Origin: Alphaproteobacteria bacterium
GTDB taxonomy: Bacteria; Pseudomonadota; Alphaproteobacteria; Rs-D84
Assembly: GCA_017642585.1 (NCBI GenBank)
Contig: JAGCOR010000026.1
Coordinates: 7,776 to 71,775, forward strand
Direction of reading: 5' to 3'
Length of the DNA: 64,000 nt
A model generated the notes under the pieces. It worked only from the letters and a program-made list of their open reading frames with translations, was not told the DNA's origin and searched no databases. The translations under genes were made by a program, and so were the position numbers. Of the stretch, positions 50,115 through 60,547 are shown piece by piece. Each line of letters opens with the position of its first letter. Position 1 is the first letter of the stretch.

Positions 50115-50537
50115 ATGTATACAGATATTCAAAAACAATTAGATGACATTGAAACAAAAATGTACGCTAAATTGAAAGCAACAAACTCTATTGATGCGGA
50201 TAAAAATGTCATAAACATTGAACTGTTCAAAATAATCGTTCAAGAATCTATTAATTCAATGAAAAAATTAAATTCCCAGGTTGAACAAGACGGTTTTGTT
50301 CACGACAGATATGGTTTTAATATTTTGCAGGCGCGCATTGATTTCTGGACAGAAAAATATATGACGGGTACATTACCTTTCATACAACCGATGATTAACC
50401 ATGAAGAAGAAATATACAAGAAAGGACGCAGACAACCATTCCCTGTCGCATCAAAAATAAAAAGAAGTGTGACTAAATTGTTCAAACGTTCTAAACCAAC
50501 CCCACCAATTTGCATAGAATCTGACAGACAAAGATAA
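50115..50537 (+). CDS. hypothetical protein co-transcribed with the VirB11-like gene
   Basis: 140 aa ORF 17 nt downstream; followed by the terminator at 50536-50560. Confidence 0.35.
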   Translation: MYTDIQKQLDDIETKMYAKLKATNSIDADKNVINIELFKIIVQESINSMKKLNSQVEQDGFVHDRYGFNILQARIDFWTEKYMTGTLPFIQPMINHEEEIYKKGRRQPFPVASKIKRSVTKLFKRSKPTPPICIESDRQR

Positions 50538-50561
50538 AAAAGCCCAACTGGGCTTTTTTCT

Positions 50562-52799
50562 TTACATAAAACTTTGTGGATTCACATCTATTTTTATACG
50601 AACATTTGGTGGTTGTTTTACTTTGTTCAACCACGCACGAACCACAGGTTGTAAATTCGCCCGCACATCACCAGATATTAAAAATCTCATACGATACCAA
50701 TTTCTGATTTGATATATTTGTGCAGCAATTGGTCCCATTATTTTTCCACCGTTTAATACAGGCGCAACCTTGGCCAATTGGTCGCAATATTTCCTTAAAG
50801 TTTGTTCTTTGTCCGCTTCCACTATAACCGCAATCAGTTGCCCAAACGGTGGCATTTTTGCCATCTTTCGTGATTCCATATCGTTCCACATAAAATCATC
50901 TCGATTGCCCGCACAAATTGCACGAATCACAGGATGTTCAGGTTGATAAGTTTGCAAAAACACATGGCCCGGGAATTCGCCACGACCCGCACGACCTGCC
51001 ACTTGGAATAATTGTTGGAAAGTATGTTCACCGGCACGAAAATCAGTTCCAAACAATCCCATATCTGCATCAATTACACCAACCAAAGTCAAATTTGGAA
51101 AATGATGACCTTTGGCTAAAATTTGTGTTCCTATGATAATATCGATTTCGCCATTTTCCATTTTATTAACCAAACGTTCCAACGCTTCGCGGGACATCAT
51201 AGTATCACTGGAAACCAACGCAGTTCTGGCATTTGGGAATTTTACTGATATTTCTTCTTCTATTTTTTCCAATCCCGCCCCACGCATAGAAACTTCATTT
51301 CCACATTGTGGACATTTGTCGGGCACAGACATCATTTTGCCACACATATGGCATACCATTTTTCCCAGATGTTTATGATAATTTAATCCGATTGAACAAT
51401 CAGGACACTGGGCCACCCAACCACATTTTTTACATTGAATAATTGGGGCAAAACCACGACGATTTATAAACAACATAACCTGTTGTTTTGATTCCAGGGT
51501 ATTACGAATTTCTTCACATAATTTTGGTGATAAATTTCCCGGTATTTCTTTGTCATCTAATTTATAAACTTCGGGGTGTTGTTCACGCATATCTATGGCC
51601 TCTATGCTGGGCAAACTGGCACCACCAAAACGCGAACGTAAACATAATCTGGTATATTTACCCAAAACAACATTATGCAGTGTTTCAAAAGATGGGGTCG
51701 CACTGGCCAATATAATCGGGAAACCCGAAATCTTGGCACGCAACACAGCCATATCACGCGCATGATATAACCCCATGTCTTCTTGTTTATATGACGTATC
51801 ATGCTCTTCATCAACAACTATCAAACCCAAATCTTGCCATGGCAAAAACAGAGCACTGCGTGTTCCAACAACAATTCTTATTTTGCCTGACGCAACCCCA
51901 CGCCAAATATCACGTCTGCGCGCAGCGGTTAAATTGCTGTGCCACACAACAGGTGGCGCACCAAATTTCTGTTTAAATCTGTTTATAAATTGTGCAGTCA
52001 GCGCAATTTCAGGCATCATCAATAACACAGATTTTCCATTATTATATGCACGCAACACAGAATCAAAATAAACCTGGGTTTTACCAGAACCGGTTATTCC
52101 GTCTAATAAAAACACAGAAAATTCGTTTTTGTTAATTGAATCTGCAATAATATCTGCCACAGATTGTTGTTCATCATTTAACACAACTGATTTGGTATCA
52201 AAATAAGAATAATTAAATGCATCATTTGATTTTTCGCGCGTGTCCACAGGCACCAAGAAATTGGATTTAATCATATTTTTTACGACAGCACTGCTGACAT
52301 GTGCAATGTTTTGAATGTCAGCAACGGACATAGATTCATTATCATTAGATTGAAACGCATCACATACCGCCTGGCGTGAATCTGTCATTTTCCCAGTCGC
52401 TTCAAAATTATACGCATACAATTGTTCGACCCGTGGCGGATTAAACGCATCTGGAACATTAATTATCAAACGTAATACCGCCCCCGGCGACATCAATGTC
52501 CATTCAGACATTTTATGTATCCATTTTATATCTGCCTGGGATAAAAGCCCTAAATCACAAACTTCTATGATTGGTTTTATCTTGGATATTTCCAGATTAC
52601 TGTCGCCTGGCCCTATGATTACACCTATATATTGGCGGTTCATAACAGTACACCTGACAAAAGCACCAATATCAGCATCAGACGTCAATTTATAGTCATA
52701 ACCTGTATTTATGACATTAGGAATTAAAACTTTTACAATATCGCCAGATTTAAACATATACATAAAATACTTGTTTTTTTTTATTTTTTCAATAATCAT
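50562..52799 (-). CDS. priA: primosomal protein N' (replication restart helicase)
   Basis: Walker A GITGSGKT, DEEH box, Cys4 zinc-binding region (CKKCGW..CPDC....CHMCG...CPQCG). Confidence 0.9.
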   Translation of the reverse strand: MIIEKIKKNKYFMYMFKSGDIVKVLIPNVINTGYDYKLTSDADIGAFVRCTVMNRQYIGVIIGPGDSNLEISKIKPIIEVCDLGLLSQADIKWIHKMSEWTLMSPGAVLRLIINVPDAFNPPRVEQLYAYNFEATGKMTDSRQAVCDAFQSNDNESMSVADIQNIAHVSSAVVKNMIKSNFLVPVDTREKSNDAFNYSYFDTKSVVLNDEQQSVADIIADSINKNEFSVFLLDGITGSGKTQVYFDSVLRAYNNGKSVLLMMPEIALTAQFINRFKQKFGAPPVVWHSNLTAARRRDIWRGVASGKIRIVVGTRSALFLPWQDLGLIVVDEEHDTSYKQEDMGLYHARDMAVLRAKISGFPIILASATPSFETLHNVVLGKYTRLCLRSRFGGASLPSIEAIDMREQHPEVYKLDDKEIPGNLSPKLCEEIRNTLESKQQVMLFINRRGFAPIIQCKKCGWVAQCPDCSIGLNYHKHLGKMVCHMCGKMMSVPDKCPQCGNEVSMRGAGLEKIEEEISVKFPNARTALVSSDTMMSREALERLVNKMENGEIDIIIGTQILAKGHHFPNLTLVGVIDADMGLFGTDFRAGEHTFQQLFQVAGRAGRGEFPGHVFLQTYQPEHPVIRAICAGNRDDFMWNDMESRKMAKMPPFGQLIAVIVEADKEQTLRKYCDQLAKVAPVLNGGKIMGPIAAQIYQIRNWYRMRFLISGDVRANLQPVVRAWLNKVKQPPNVRIKIDVNPQSFM

Positions 52800-52823
52800 T
52801 TACATATAAACATTGGGTTTCAT

Positions 52824-53543
52824 ATGTGGAAGTTTTTATTTGAATTTTGCGATTTTGTATTTGCCATAATCCCTGTTAAAAAATGGCGAAACTATTTGCG
52901 TGAACGCGTTTTGTTTGATTACAGAAAAAAACTAAACGCCCTGTTACGTAAATACCCGAATTTAAGCAAAAACCACATGCGTTTGGCCAAAGGCGGTGGC
53001 AGTTTAGTTTTCATTTTTAATAACAAATACACTTTTAAAGTTCGCAAATACAAACATGAAACTACCAACTTTGACCGTTTTTATCGTGAAAAGCGCATCA
53101 CAGATGCCCTACGTGATTTTTGCTCTATCCCAATTCCAAACATAGAATTCATAGAATTGGATGGTTTTACTTTCTATAAATCTGATTTTATACCCGGCAA
53201 ATTATTGGTCAGCATACCAACGCACCGCATAAAAAAATATCAAAATCAAATCAGCAAACAATTGGCTGAATTTATATATAAAAAATCTTTTGCAAATCCA
53301 CCTGAATTAAAAGATCTCCGGAACGAAATCCAGGCTGATTTTGCATGGAACCATACCGACATGTGCAGTAATATTTTAATAGATCCAAAAACAATGGTTA
53401 TTACCGGCATAATTGATTGGGAATGGGCAAGATATACCCCATTGGACAAAGAATTTTACGGGCTGGTACGTGTTCGTAAAAAAATGCAAAAAATTGGGCT
53501 GGACCAATCGACAAAAGAATACTATTTGAAATTGGTAAAATAA
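52824..53543 (+). CDS. protein-kinase-like fold phosphotransferase (APH/choline-kinase-like)
   Basis: Brenner motif HTDMCSNIL (HxDxxxxN) and IIDWEWA (DxE) Mg-binding motif; 239 aa. Confidence 0.45.
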   Translation: MWKFLFEFCDFVFAIIPVKKWRNYLRERVLFDYRKKLNALLRKYPNLSKNHMRLAKGGGSLVFIFNNKYTFKVRKYKHETTNFDRFYREKRITDALRDFCSIPIPNIEFIELDGFTFYKSDFIPGKLLVSIPTHRIKKYQNQISKQLAEFIYKKSFANPPELKDLRNEIQADFAWNHTDMCSNILIDPKTMVITGIIDWEWARYTPLDKEFYGLVRVRKKMQKIGLDQSTKEYYLKLVK

Positions 53544-53545
53544 TT

Positions 53546-54448
53546 TTAACTGATTTTATTTGTTACTCTGTCCAAATCTTCTTCGTTTGGGACATGCAAA
53601 ATTTCTAAATCTGGGGCATATTGTGTTTTATACCAAGTCCTTTGACGTTTTGCATATTGATTGGTTTTAACAATCCAATTATCAATCGCCTGTTGTTCTG
53701 TGATTTCACCTCGCAACATCTGGCATAATTGCGACGCACCTATGGCCCGGTCTTCGTTTAGTTTATTTGCCACAATATATTTTGCCTCTGCCAATGCAGA
53801 ACCACGAACCATTTCTGGCACACGTTTTGCAATACGATTCAACAACAATTCGCGTGGTGGCGATATCAGTATTTTATATGCATCTGGTATCAAAGCACCT
53901 TTGCGTGGCAATTTTTGCCATTGTGACAAAGGCGTGCCTGTTTCCAAGAATACCTCCAATGCACGTGCTGTTCTTTGTGGATCTGTTTTTTCAAAATCTT
54001 CTGGTAATAATTCATGCACAGCATCTGGACATTGTGCCACCATTTTGCGTGCTTTCTCTCTGTTTTCAGCACTTATTTCTGGGATTGGTGAAATACCATG
54101 AATTAAAACATTTATGTAATATCCACTGCCCCCTACAAAGACGGGGATTTTACCCATTTCAACAACTTCTTTCACAGCATTGGTCGCCAAATTCAAATAA
54201 TCTGCCACACTGATATGTTCTGACAAAGGCAGAATTGAAAATAATTTATATGGCACACCATCTATCTCATCAAACCCATTTTTAGTGTTTTCAGCAAAAG
54301 GTGATGCAGATATAGTTTCAATATCACGATAAATTTGAACACTGTCGCAATTTATAATCGCACCGTTTATCCGTTTTGCTAATTCGTGCGCAAAATCAGA
54401 TTTTCCTGATGCTGTTGGTCCCGCTATGATTACAGAATTTTTCTTCAT
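53546..54448 (-). CDS. miaA: tRNA dimethylallyltransferase
   Basis: P-loop GPTASGKS then DSVQIYRDIETISASP. Confidence 0.9.
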   Translation of the reverse strand: MKKNSVIIAGPTASGKSDFAHELAKRINGAIINCDSVQIYRDIETISASPFAENTKNGFDEIDGVPYKLFSILPLSEHISVADYLNLATNAVKEVVEMGKIPVFVGGSGYYINVLIHGISPIPEISAENREKARKMVAQCPDAVHELLPEDFEKTDPQRTARALEVFLETGTPLSQWQKLPRKGALIPDAYKILISPPRELLLNRIAKRVPEMVRGSALAEAKYIVANKLNEDRAIGASQLCQMLRGEITEQQAIDNWIVKTNQYAKRQRTWYKTQYAPDLEILHVPNEEDLDRVTNKIS

Positions 54449-54562
54449 GTTTTCATTATAAAACCACCATTTGTTTTTTCAAGCATTCAATAGAAAAAAA
54501 TCAAATTGTTTTTTATACCCGTCTCGTGATATTATATAAGCATAAAATAAGGGAGAATATTT

Positions 54563-55564
54563 ATGAAAAAAATTAGAGTCGCAATTAATGGTTTTGGCCG
54601 CATAGGTCGTTTGGTTTTGCGTGCCGCATTGGAATCTGGACGCAAAGACATTGAATTTGTCGCCGTTAATGATTTGATGCCTGTTGAACAAAACGCATAT
54701 TTATTACAATATGATTCTGTGCATGGCAAATTGCCAATGGATGTAACGACCAAAGACGATTATTTATTGGTTGGCAAACAAAAAATCAAATGTTTGTCTG
54801 AACGTGACCCGTCTAAATTGCCATGGAAAAAATTAAAAATTGATGTGGTTATGGAATGCACAGGAATATTTACCAGTGCCGACAAAGCACGCGTTCATAT
54901 TGATTGTGGCGCAAAACGCGTTTTGGTTTCTGCCCCATCTACTGGTGCAGATAAAACTATCGTATTCGGTGTAAATGAAAAAACTTTGACCAAGAAAGAT
55001 ATTATTGTTTCCAACGCATCTTGCACAACAAATTGTTTGGCACCTGTGTTAAATGTTTTGGATAAAAAATTTGGTATCATTGACGGTTGGATGACCACAG
55101 TTCATGCCTATACTGGCGATCAACAATTATTGGATAAAAATCATAAAGATTTCCGTCGCGCCCGCGCCGCGAATTTATCTATGATTCCAACCAGCACAGG
55201 CGCAGCCAAAGCAATCGGTTTGGTATTACCAAAATTGGCTGGCAAATTGGACGGCATTGCAATACGCGTTCCAACACCAGATGTATCGGTCGTCGAATTG
55301 GTTTTGAATATGAAGAAAAAGGTTAAACCAGAATCTGTAAATACCGCTATGTTCGCAGCCCAATCTGATATTTTGGGATTCACCGATATGCCTGTGGTAT
55401 CTATCGATTTAACCCACGATTCACACAGTTCTATATTTGATGCAACATTAACCAAAGTCGTTGACGGTAATGTATTACATGTTACGGCTTGGTATGACAA
55501 CGAATGGGGATTTTCAAATCGTATGTGTGATACCGCGGTCGCAATGGGAAAATATATTGCATAA
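54563..55564 (+). CDS. gap: glyceraldehyde-3-phosphate dehydrogenase
   Basis: N-terminal INGFGRIGR Rossmann motif; active site SNASCTTNCLAP. Confidence 0.9.
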   Translation: MKKIRVAINGFGRIGRLVLRAALESGRKDIEFVAVNDLMPVEQNAYLLQYDSVHGKLPMDVTTKDDYLLVGKQKIKCLSERDPSKLPWKKLKIDVVMECTGIFTSADKARVHIDCGAKRVLVSAPSTGADKTIVFGVNEKTLTKKDIIVSNASCTTNCLAPVLNVLDKKFGIIDGWMTTVHAYTGDQQLLDKNHKDFRRARAANLSMIPTSTGAAKAIGLVLPKLAGKLDGIAIRVPTPDVSVVELVLNMKKKVKPESVNTAMFAAQSDILGFTDMPVVSIDLTHDSHSSIFDATLTKVVDGNVLHVTAWYDNEWGFSNRMCDTAVAMGKYIA

Positions 55565-55570
55565 AATTTA

Positions 55571-55598
55571 AAACCGCCGATATGGCGGTTTTTTGTTA
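55571..55598. terminator. bidirectional terminator between gap and zapA
   Basis: AAAACCGCCGATATGGCGGTTTTTTGTT. Confidence 0.6.
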
Positions 55599-55874
55599 AG
55601 ACATTTTGTGTTTAATTTCACGAATTCGTGCCAATATTTCATGCAAATCTTCATCTGTGACAGACGGCTGTTGCGTCTTGTTTTGAATTTCATCAATCAA
55701 TACTATGCACAAAGTAGCTAACAATGAAGATTCTTGTAATGGCCCGATTTTATCCAAAATTTGACGCGCACGCATATCAACCATGCGCCCCAGTTCCATT
55801 AAACGCCCTTCCTGGCCGTCTTCACAGCCCATTTGATAAACGCGGTTAACAATAGGTATAGAAACTACACTCAT
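55596..55874 (-). CDS. zapA: cell division protein ZapA-like
   Basis: IPIVNRVYQMGCEDGQEGRLMELGRMVD matches the ZapA consensus (I.GR.Y.L.C..GEE..L). Confidence 0.55.
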   Translation of the reverse strand: MSVVSIPIVNRVYQMGCEDGQEGRLMELGRMVDMRARQILDKIGPLQESSLLATLCIVLIDEIQNKTQQPSVTDEDLHEILARIREIKHKMS

Positions 55875-56119
55875 TTCTTTAACTTCTCTAATATAGAAAC
55901 AGATTTTTCAATCAAACTTTGCGCCATTTTGTTCTTTTCACGCAAACTGTCGACCTGTTTGGTCAAAATAGCCACTTCTAAATCGGTTTGTTTACTGGCA
56001 CATGTGGCATCAGCCCTTAAATGAGTGGCCAAAGCCTCTATGGAATCTAATTCTTGAAAAATTTGTTGTTTTATATCTGCCATATTGGATATATTAAGAC
56101 ATTTTTTATATGCGTTCAA
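55871..56119 (-). CDS. small coiled-coil protein upstream of zapA (ZapB/DUF4164-like, tentative)
   Basis: 82 aa heptad-rich ORF; start overlaps zapA. Confidence 0.35.
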   Translation of the reverse strand: MNAYKKCLNISNMADIKQQIFQELDSIEALATHLRADATCASKQTDLEVAILTKQVDSLREKNKMAQSLIEKSVSILEKLKK

Positions 56120-56168
56120 CCTTAAAATGTGATATAATACAAGTTGTTAAATCGAGGGGTATCTTTTT

Positions 56169-57068
56169 ATGAAAACAAAAATCATATATATTTCGGGCAG
56201 TGAAATTTTTGATATGGCGGATATACGCAGTGCTTTTGAAGAGGTTCGTAGCGCATTAAACCTGGACAAAGATACGGTTTTGTTTGGTGTACCAGTTGAT
56301 GCAGATGATGCAGGACTGGAAGCAACAAAGGACAATGAATTGACATCGGCGATAGCTGAAACCATAGATATAACCGCTGTTCCAGAATCAATCGAACCCA
56401 CGGAAATTCAAGAACCAGAACCTGTTGTTGAAAAAACAATAAAAAAACGCACTTCATCTCGCAAAAAAACAACTGAAGAATCAACAGAAACAAAAGTTGA
56501 AACCGAAACCTCAGAAACGACTGATGAAGCCGTAGAAAAGATTGTTCCTATTTTATCCATACTGTCGGTCAATAACGAAGATTCTGTTGAACCTGCGGAA
56601 CAAGAAACAACTGAAAATATCGAAATCATAGAAGATGTTGTCCAAGAAACAACCGTTACAGAAGAAGAAACCCCAGAAGAATCAGCTGAAGAACAAACAA
56701 ATGAAGAATCTGGATTGGATGAATTATTGTCTTCTATGACACCTTTGGAAGATATTGTTCCAGAACCAGAAGAACACACAGAAGAAGAAATTATAATCGA
56801 TACCGACAATACCAAGGATGAAGAAAATATTGATGAAACCTTGAAACAGTTGGCAACTGAATTTGTTAAAAAACAAGATTCTATGCCATCAACAAAATCA
56901 TCTGGTAACGGCAGATTGGGTAAATTGCGTAAATATTTACCATTTAAACCCCAAACAAAAAAAGAAGATCCAGGATTGGATAATTTGTTTGATTGGGCGG
57001 GTTCCGCTGCAAATGACGAAGATTTTTCTGTTCCCGGATTTTTCACTAATATTGCATCCAAGAAATAA
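56169..57068 (+). CDS. hypothetical highly acidic (E/T-rich) protein
   Basis: 299 aa; central region 35% Glu/Asp; no TM or signal. Confidence 0.4.
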   Translation: MKTKIIYISGSEIFDMADIRSAFEEVRSALNLDKDTVLFGVPVDADDAGLEATKDNELTSAIAETIDITAVPESIEPTEIQEPEPVVEKTIKKRTSSRKKTTEESTETKVETETSETTDEAVEKIVPILSILSVNNEDSVEPAEQETTENIEIIEDVVQETTVTEEETPEESAEEQTNEESGLDELLSSMTPLEDIVPEPEEHTEEEIIIDTDNTKDEENIDETLKQLATEFVKKQDSMPSTKSSGNGRLGKLRKYLPFKPQTKKEDPGLDNLFDWAGSAANDEDFSVPGFFTNIASKK

Positions 57069-57070
57069 AT

Positions 57071-57562
57071 ATGAACCAAATAGATGTTATTAATTTATTA
57101 AAAAATTCCGGGCTGAAAGTATTCGGCATGGACGATAAATACATCTATTTCGAAGATCCAACTTGTATTTTTCCTGCATTTGATTCTGTTTTCAATTTCG
57201 CATGGATTATTCTGTTAACATTTACCGCTATATTATTATTTGGATGGGGCGTGTTATACATAAAAAACGGTGTAAAATTAGATTCTTTGTTTAAAAACAT
57301 TCGTTCTTTGGTTTTAATTTTAACCGTATTCATTTTAGTTAAACCAATTGTAAATGTTATATATGGTGACAATTTGTTTGCAAGATTATGTGAAAAGAAA
57401 CAGGTGGAAATATCGACAGTCCAAGAATTAATGGATCAAAGAAATAAAAAATTTTCTAATTCAGATAATGCATTGATGTATGAAACTTTCAACGTAACAG
57501 ATACAGGCGCATTGATATCTCCTGAAACAGAAGCAGAAATTCGCGAATCTTTGGGAGAATAA
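57071..57562 (+). CDS. hypothetical membrane protein
   Basis: Two TM helices; ATG 3 nt after the upstream stop. Confidence 0.4.
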   Translation: MNQIDVINLLKNSGLKVFGMDDKYIYFEDPTCIFPAFDSVFNFAWIILLTFTAILLFGWGVLYIKNGVKLDSLFKNIRSLVLILTVFILVKPIVNVIYGDNLFARLCEKKQVEISTVQELMDQRNKKFSNSDNALMYETFNVTDTGALISPETEAEIRESLGE

Positions 57563-57564
57563 GA

Positions 57565-58263
57565 TTAATTTTTATTGTTATCCAATAAAAACATATTACG
57601 CGCAGAATAAACAACATCAGCAGATACCAACAAATGATCATATAAATTTATATCTAATTTATCCAAAGCGTTTTGTAATTCTTGGGTAATCTGTATATCT
57701 TGAGATGAAAAAGATGTATATGGTGTTGGATGATTGTGTAACAAAACAACACTGCGCGCATTCAAATCTAACGCACGTTTTACAATTTCGCGGATATACA
57801 CCGCAGCCCAATCTATTGTTCCCTTGCTGTGTGTTTCATCTTGAATCAATTTGAATTGTGCATCTAAATATAAAACATGAAATTCTTCGACAGATTTTCC
57901 GCCAACCACCAATTTGCAATAATTTTCCAGTTTTTCATAATTGTGAAATATAGGCGCGTTATTCAAATAATATTTATAATCTAATTCCATCAATTTATGA
58001 ATCATTTTGAAAAACGTTGCCGCGTTTTCTTTGATACCAGGATTCGTAATTAAATCTTCATAAGATGCAGAAAACAAATTATGTAAATTGCCATACTTTT
58101 TATATAATTGTCGTGATAAAGTCCTGACATCACGTCTGGGTATAGCATAAGTTAACAATAATTCTAAAATTTCATATTCAGCCAACTGTCCATCTAAAAA
58201 CTTTTTGCGCAGACGTGTTCTGTGACCTTGTTGCAAAGATTGTATTTTGTTATCTTTAATCAT
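57565..58263 (-). CDS. radC: RadC-like JAB-domain protein (UPF0758)
   Basis: JAMM motif HNHPTP...S..D; N-terminal HhH-like region. Confidence 0.8.
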   Translation of the reverse strand: MIKDNKIQSLQQGHRTRLRKKFLDGQLAEYEILELLLTYAIPRRDVRTLSRQLYKKYGNLHNLFSASYEDLITNPGIKENAATFFKMIHKLMELDYKYYLNNAPIFHNYEKLENYCKLVVGGKSVEEFHVLYLDAQFKLIQDETHSKGTIDWAAVYIREIVKRALDLNARSVVLLHNHPTPYTSFSSQDIQITQELQNALDKLDINLYDHLLVSADVVYSARNMFLLDNNKN

Positions 58264-59023
58264 GGGTCATTTTTTCTGTGAATATGATTACACCATCTTC
58301 TGTGATTCCCAATGTGTGTTCCCACTGGGCCGACAACCCGCCGTCCACAGTACGTGCAGTCCAACCATCAGGATCGATTTTGCATTCTGGACGACCTGTG
58401 TTTATCATAGGTTCAATTGTAAACACCAACCCCGGAACCATTTTAACTTTGTCCCACATCTTGTCATAAAAATGATAAATTTGTGGATCATCATGCATAA
58501 CTTTGCCAATACCATGTCCAACAAAATCACGTGATATAGAAAAACCATGCGGTTTTACAACAGCTTCTATGGTTTTACCAATTTCGGACAATGGAACACC
58601 CGGTGCACAAATTGATATAGCGGCATTTAACGCATCTTGACATGTTTGAACCAATTCACGTGCTTTGTTTGATACATTACCAATCATAAACATACGCGAT
58701 GCATCGCCATGAAACCCATGATATTCAGCAGTCAAATCAACATTAACTATATCGCCATCTTTCAAAATTACATCATCACTGGGAATACCATGCACAATAA
58801 CATCATTCACCGATGTACAAATACTTTTTGGATATCCCATATACCCCAAATCGGAAGACCGTGCACCATTTTCCTTTAAAAACTGGGCAACCAATCTATC
58901 TATTTCACCGGTTGATATTCCCGCAACAATATGTGGGGTAATAAAATCAAAACAACGCGCGACTAAATCACCAGATACGCGTAATCTTTTAAAATCTTTT
59001 GGGGCATAAACAGATGCTAACAT
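58256..59023 (-). CDS. map: type I methionine aminopeptidase
   Basis: 255 aa; metal-ligand pattern (D..D..H..E..E) in a pita-bread fold sequence; FTIEPMIN motif. Confidence 0.9.
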   Translation of the reverse strand: MLASVYAPKDFKRLRVSGDLVARCFDFITPHIVAGISTGEIDRLVAQFLKENGARSSDLGYMGYPKSICTSVNDVIVHGIPSDDVILKDGDIVNVDLTAEYHGFHGDASRMFMIGNVSNKARELVQTCQDALNAAISICAPGVPLSEIGKTIEAVVKPHGFSISRDFVGHGIGKVMHDDPQIYHFYDKMWDKVKMVPGLVFTIEPMINTGRPECKIDPDGWTARTVDGGLSAQWEHTLGITEDGVIIFTEKMTHD

Positions 59024-59026
59024 TTT

Positions 59027-60013
59027 TTATTTCCTTCGTTTTAATGCCAATTTTGCAGCACGCACAGATAATTTTAACGAAAAATCACGAATTAAAATTT
59101 CTGGCTGATAACCGTTTGTTCTGCATGATTTTTCTAAATCATTTAATTTAGATAAAACATTTGATATCTCATCCGCAGGCCATATTTTCATAGCCATATT
59201 AAATTTATCTTGGACTTTCCAAAACAGTTTTGGTAATTGACCATCAACAACCGCTGTTAATAATCTTGTAAAATGAATATATAACATACGCACCAACATA
59301 TTTGCATCTGCCCCGGCATAAATTAATCGATCCAACGCAACCATAGTTTGATTTATATGCCCCGCAGTTAATGAATACATATAATCATCTGCACTGGATG
59401 CAGATGTATCAGGCAAACATTTTTCAACATCTTCCAAATCTACAACATGTTTATCAGAAACGTATATCGCTATCTTTTGTAAAAAACTGCGTGTAATTCC
59501 ACGATCCCCACCGAAATGAGATAACATATAAGACATAGCATCAGGTGTTATCTGGTTAATTCCAGATTGGGCAGATAATTCCTTGCGAATCAAAGCTTCT
59601 AATGTCTTGGCATCATCTGTATAACATGCCACAGTCGCTATGTCTTTACCGTCTTCAAACAATTTACGCAAAGATCCTGCACGCAAATCGCCAGCAGTTA
59701 CAATGACAGTTGCACACAAAGACGAACTGGATACCAATTCAGATATTATTTTACTGTCCCCGTCGCCTGCCCCCGATATTATTACGGCTTTGCGACCACC
59801 GAACATGGATGGACTGCAACTTTCTGCAAATACAGCATCTTGTTTATCACGTAATTCGTCGGCATCGATTGCTAATAAATTATCTTTTTCAATTTCCAGT
59901 TTTTCAATGGCCTTGTCGCATAATTCATCAACCAACCCAGCGTCAGGTCCATATATTAACACGGCATTAATATTTGCTATCCCAGAATTAAAATCAGATT
60001 CTTTCCACTTCAT
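59027..60013 (-). CDS. holA: DNA polymerase III delta subunit
   Basis: 328 aa; N-terminal LIYGPDAGLV pattern; conserved lptE-holA adjacency. Confidence 0.7.
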   Translation of the reverse strand: MKWKESDFNSGIANINAVLIYGPDAGLVDELCDKAIEKLEIEKDNLLAIDADELRDKQDAVFAESCSPSMFGGRKAVIISGAGDGDSKIISELVSSSSLCATVIVTAGDLRAGSLRKLFEDGKDIATVACYTDDAKTLEALIRKELSAQSGINQITPDAMSYMLSHFGGDRGITRSFLQKIAIYVSDKHVVDLEDVEKCLPDTSASSADDYMYSLTAGHINQTMVALDRLIYAGADANMLVRMLYIHFTRLLTAVVDGQLPKLFWKVQDKFNMAMKIWPADEISNVLSKLNDLEKSCRTNGYQPEILIRDFSLKLSVRAAKLALKRRK

Positions 60014-60018
60014 AATTT

Positions 60019-60486
60019 TTAATCAATCTTGCTTTTTTCTATCTCTGCGATAACACGCGTACTTATTTTTTCAGCCAACACCTGAATCGTATTCATCACA
60101 GCATTATTATAAGATGCATTTGATGCGACCAAATATCTTACAAAAGTATAACTTTCTGCCGCCTTTTCGGTTCCTTTGGCTATTTCTTTATCGCCTTGTT
60201 TCAAAACATAGGACGCACTTAAATTAACTTCTTGCCATGTGGCATCGCCTGTTATCTCGAAAGCCTTGTACTGGGTCACAGGATCTTTTAAATTTACCGT
60301 CAATGTATATTTTGCACCCTGTTCATGTATACCACCAAAATTAGTATTCAATGCATTACGCAATTCTATACCCGTAATACCACTGATTGGGGCAACATAA
60401 ACGTCTGTATCAGTGCCGGAAAAGATCGGTTTGAAGCTGCAAGCTGACACAATTAAAGACATCATTATTAAAAATATTTTTTTCAT
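60019..60486 (-). CDS. lptE: LPS-assembly lipoprotein LptE
   Basis: Lipobox VSAC; 155 aa; position immediately upstream of holA as in most proteobacteria. Confidence 0.65.
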   Translation of the reverse strand: MKKIFLIMMSLIVSACSFKPIFSGTDTDVYVAPISGITGIELRNALNTNFGGIHEQGAKYTLTVNLKDPVTQYKAFEITGDATWQEVNLSASYVLKQGDKEIAKGTEKAAESYTFVRYLVASNASYNNAVMNTIQVLAEKISTRVIAEIEKSKID

Positions 60487-60547
60487 GACATTTCCTGTTG
60501 AACTACATTTTTATATTAGCTATAGTTTTTACGAATCGCAAGGGGGA

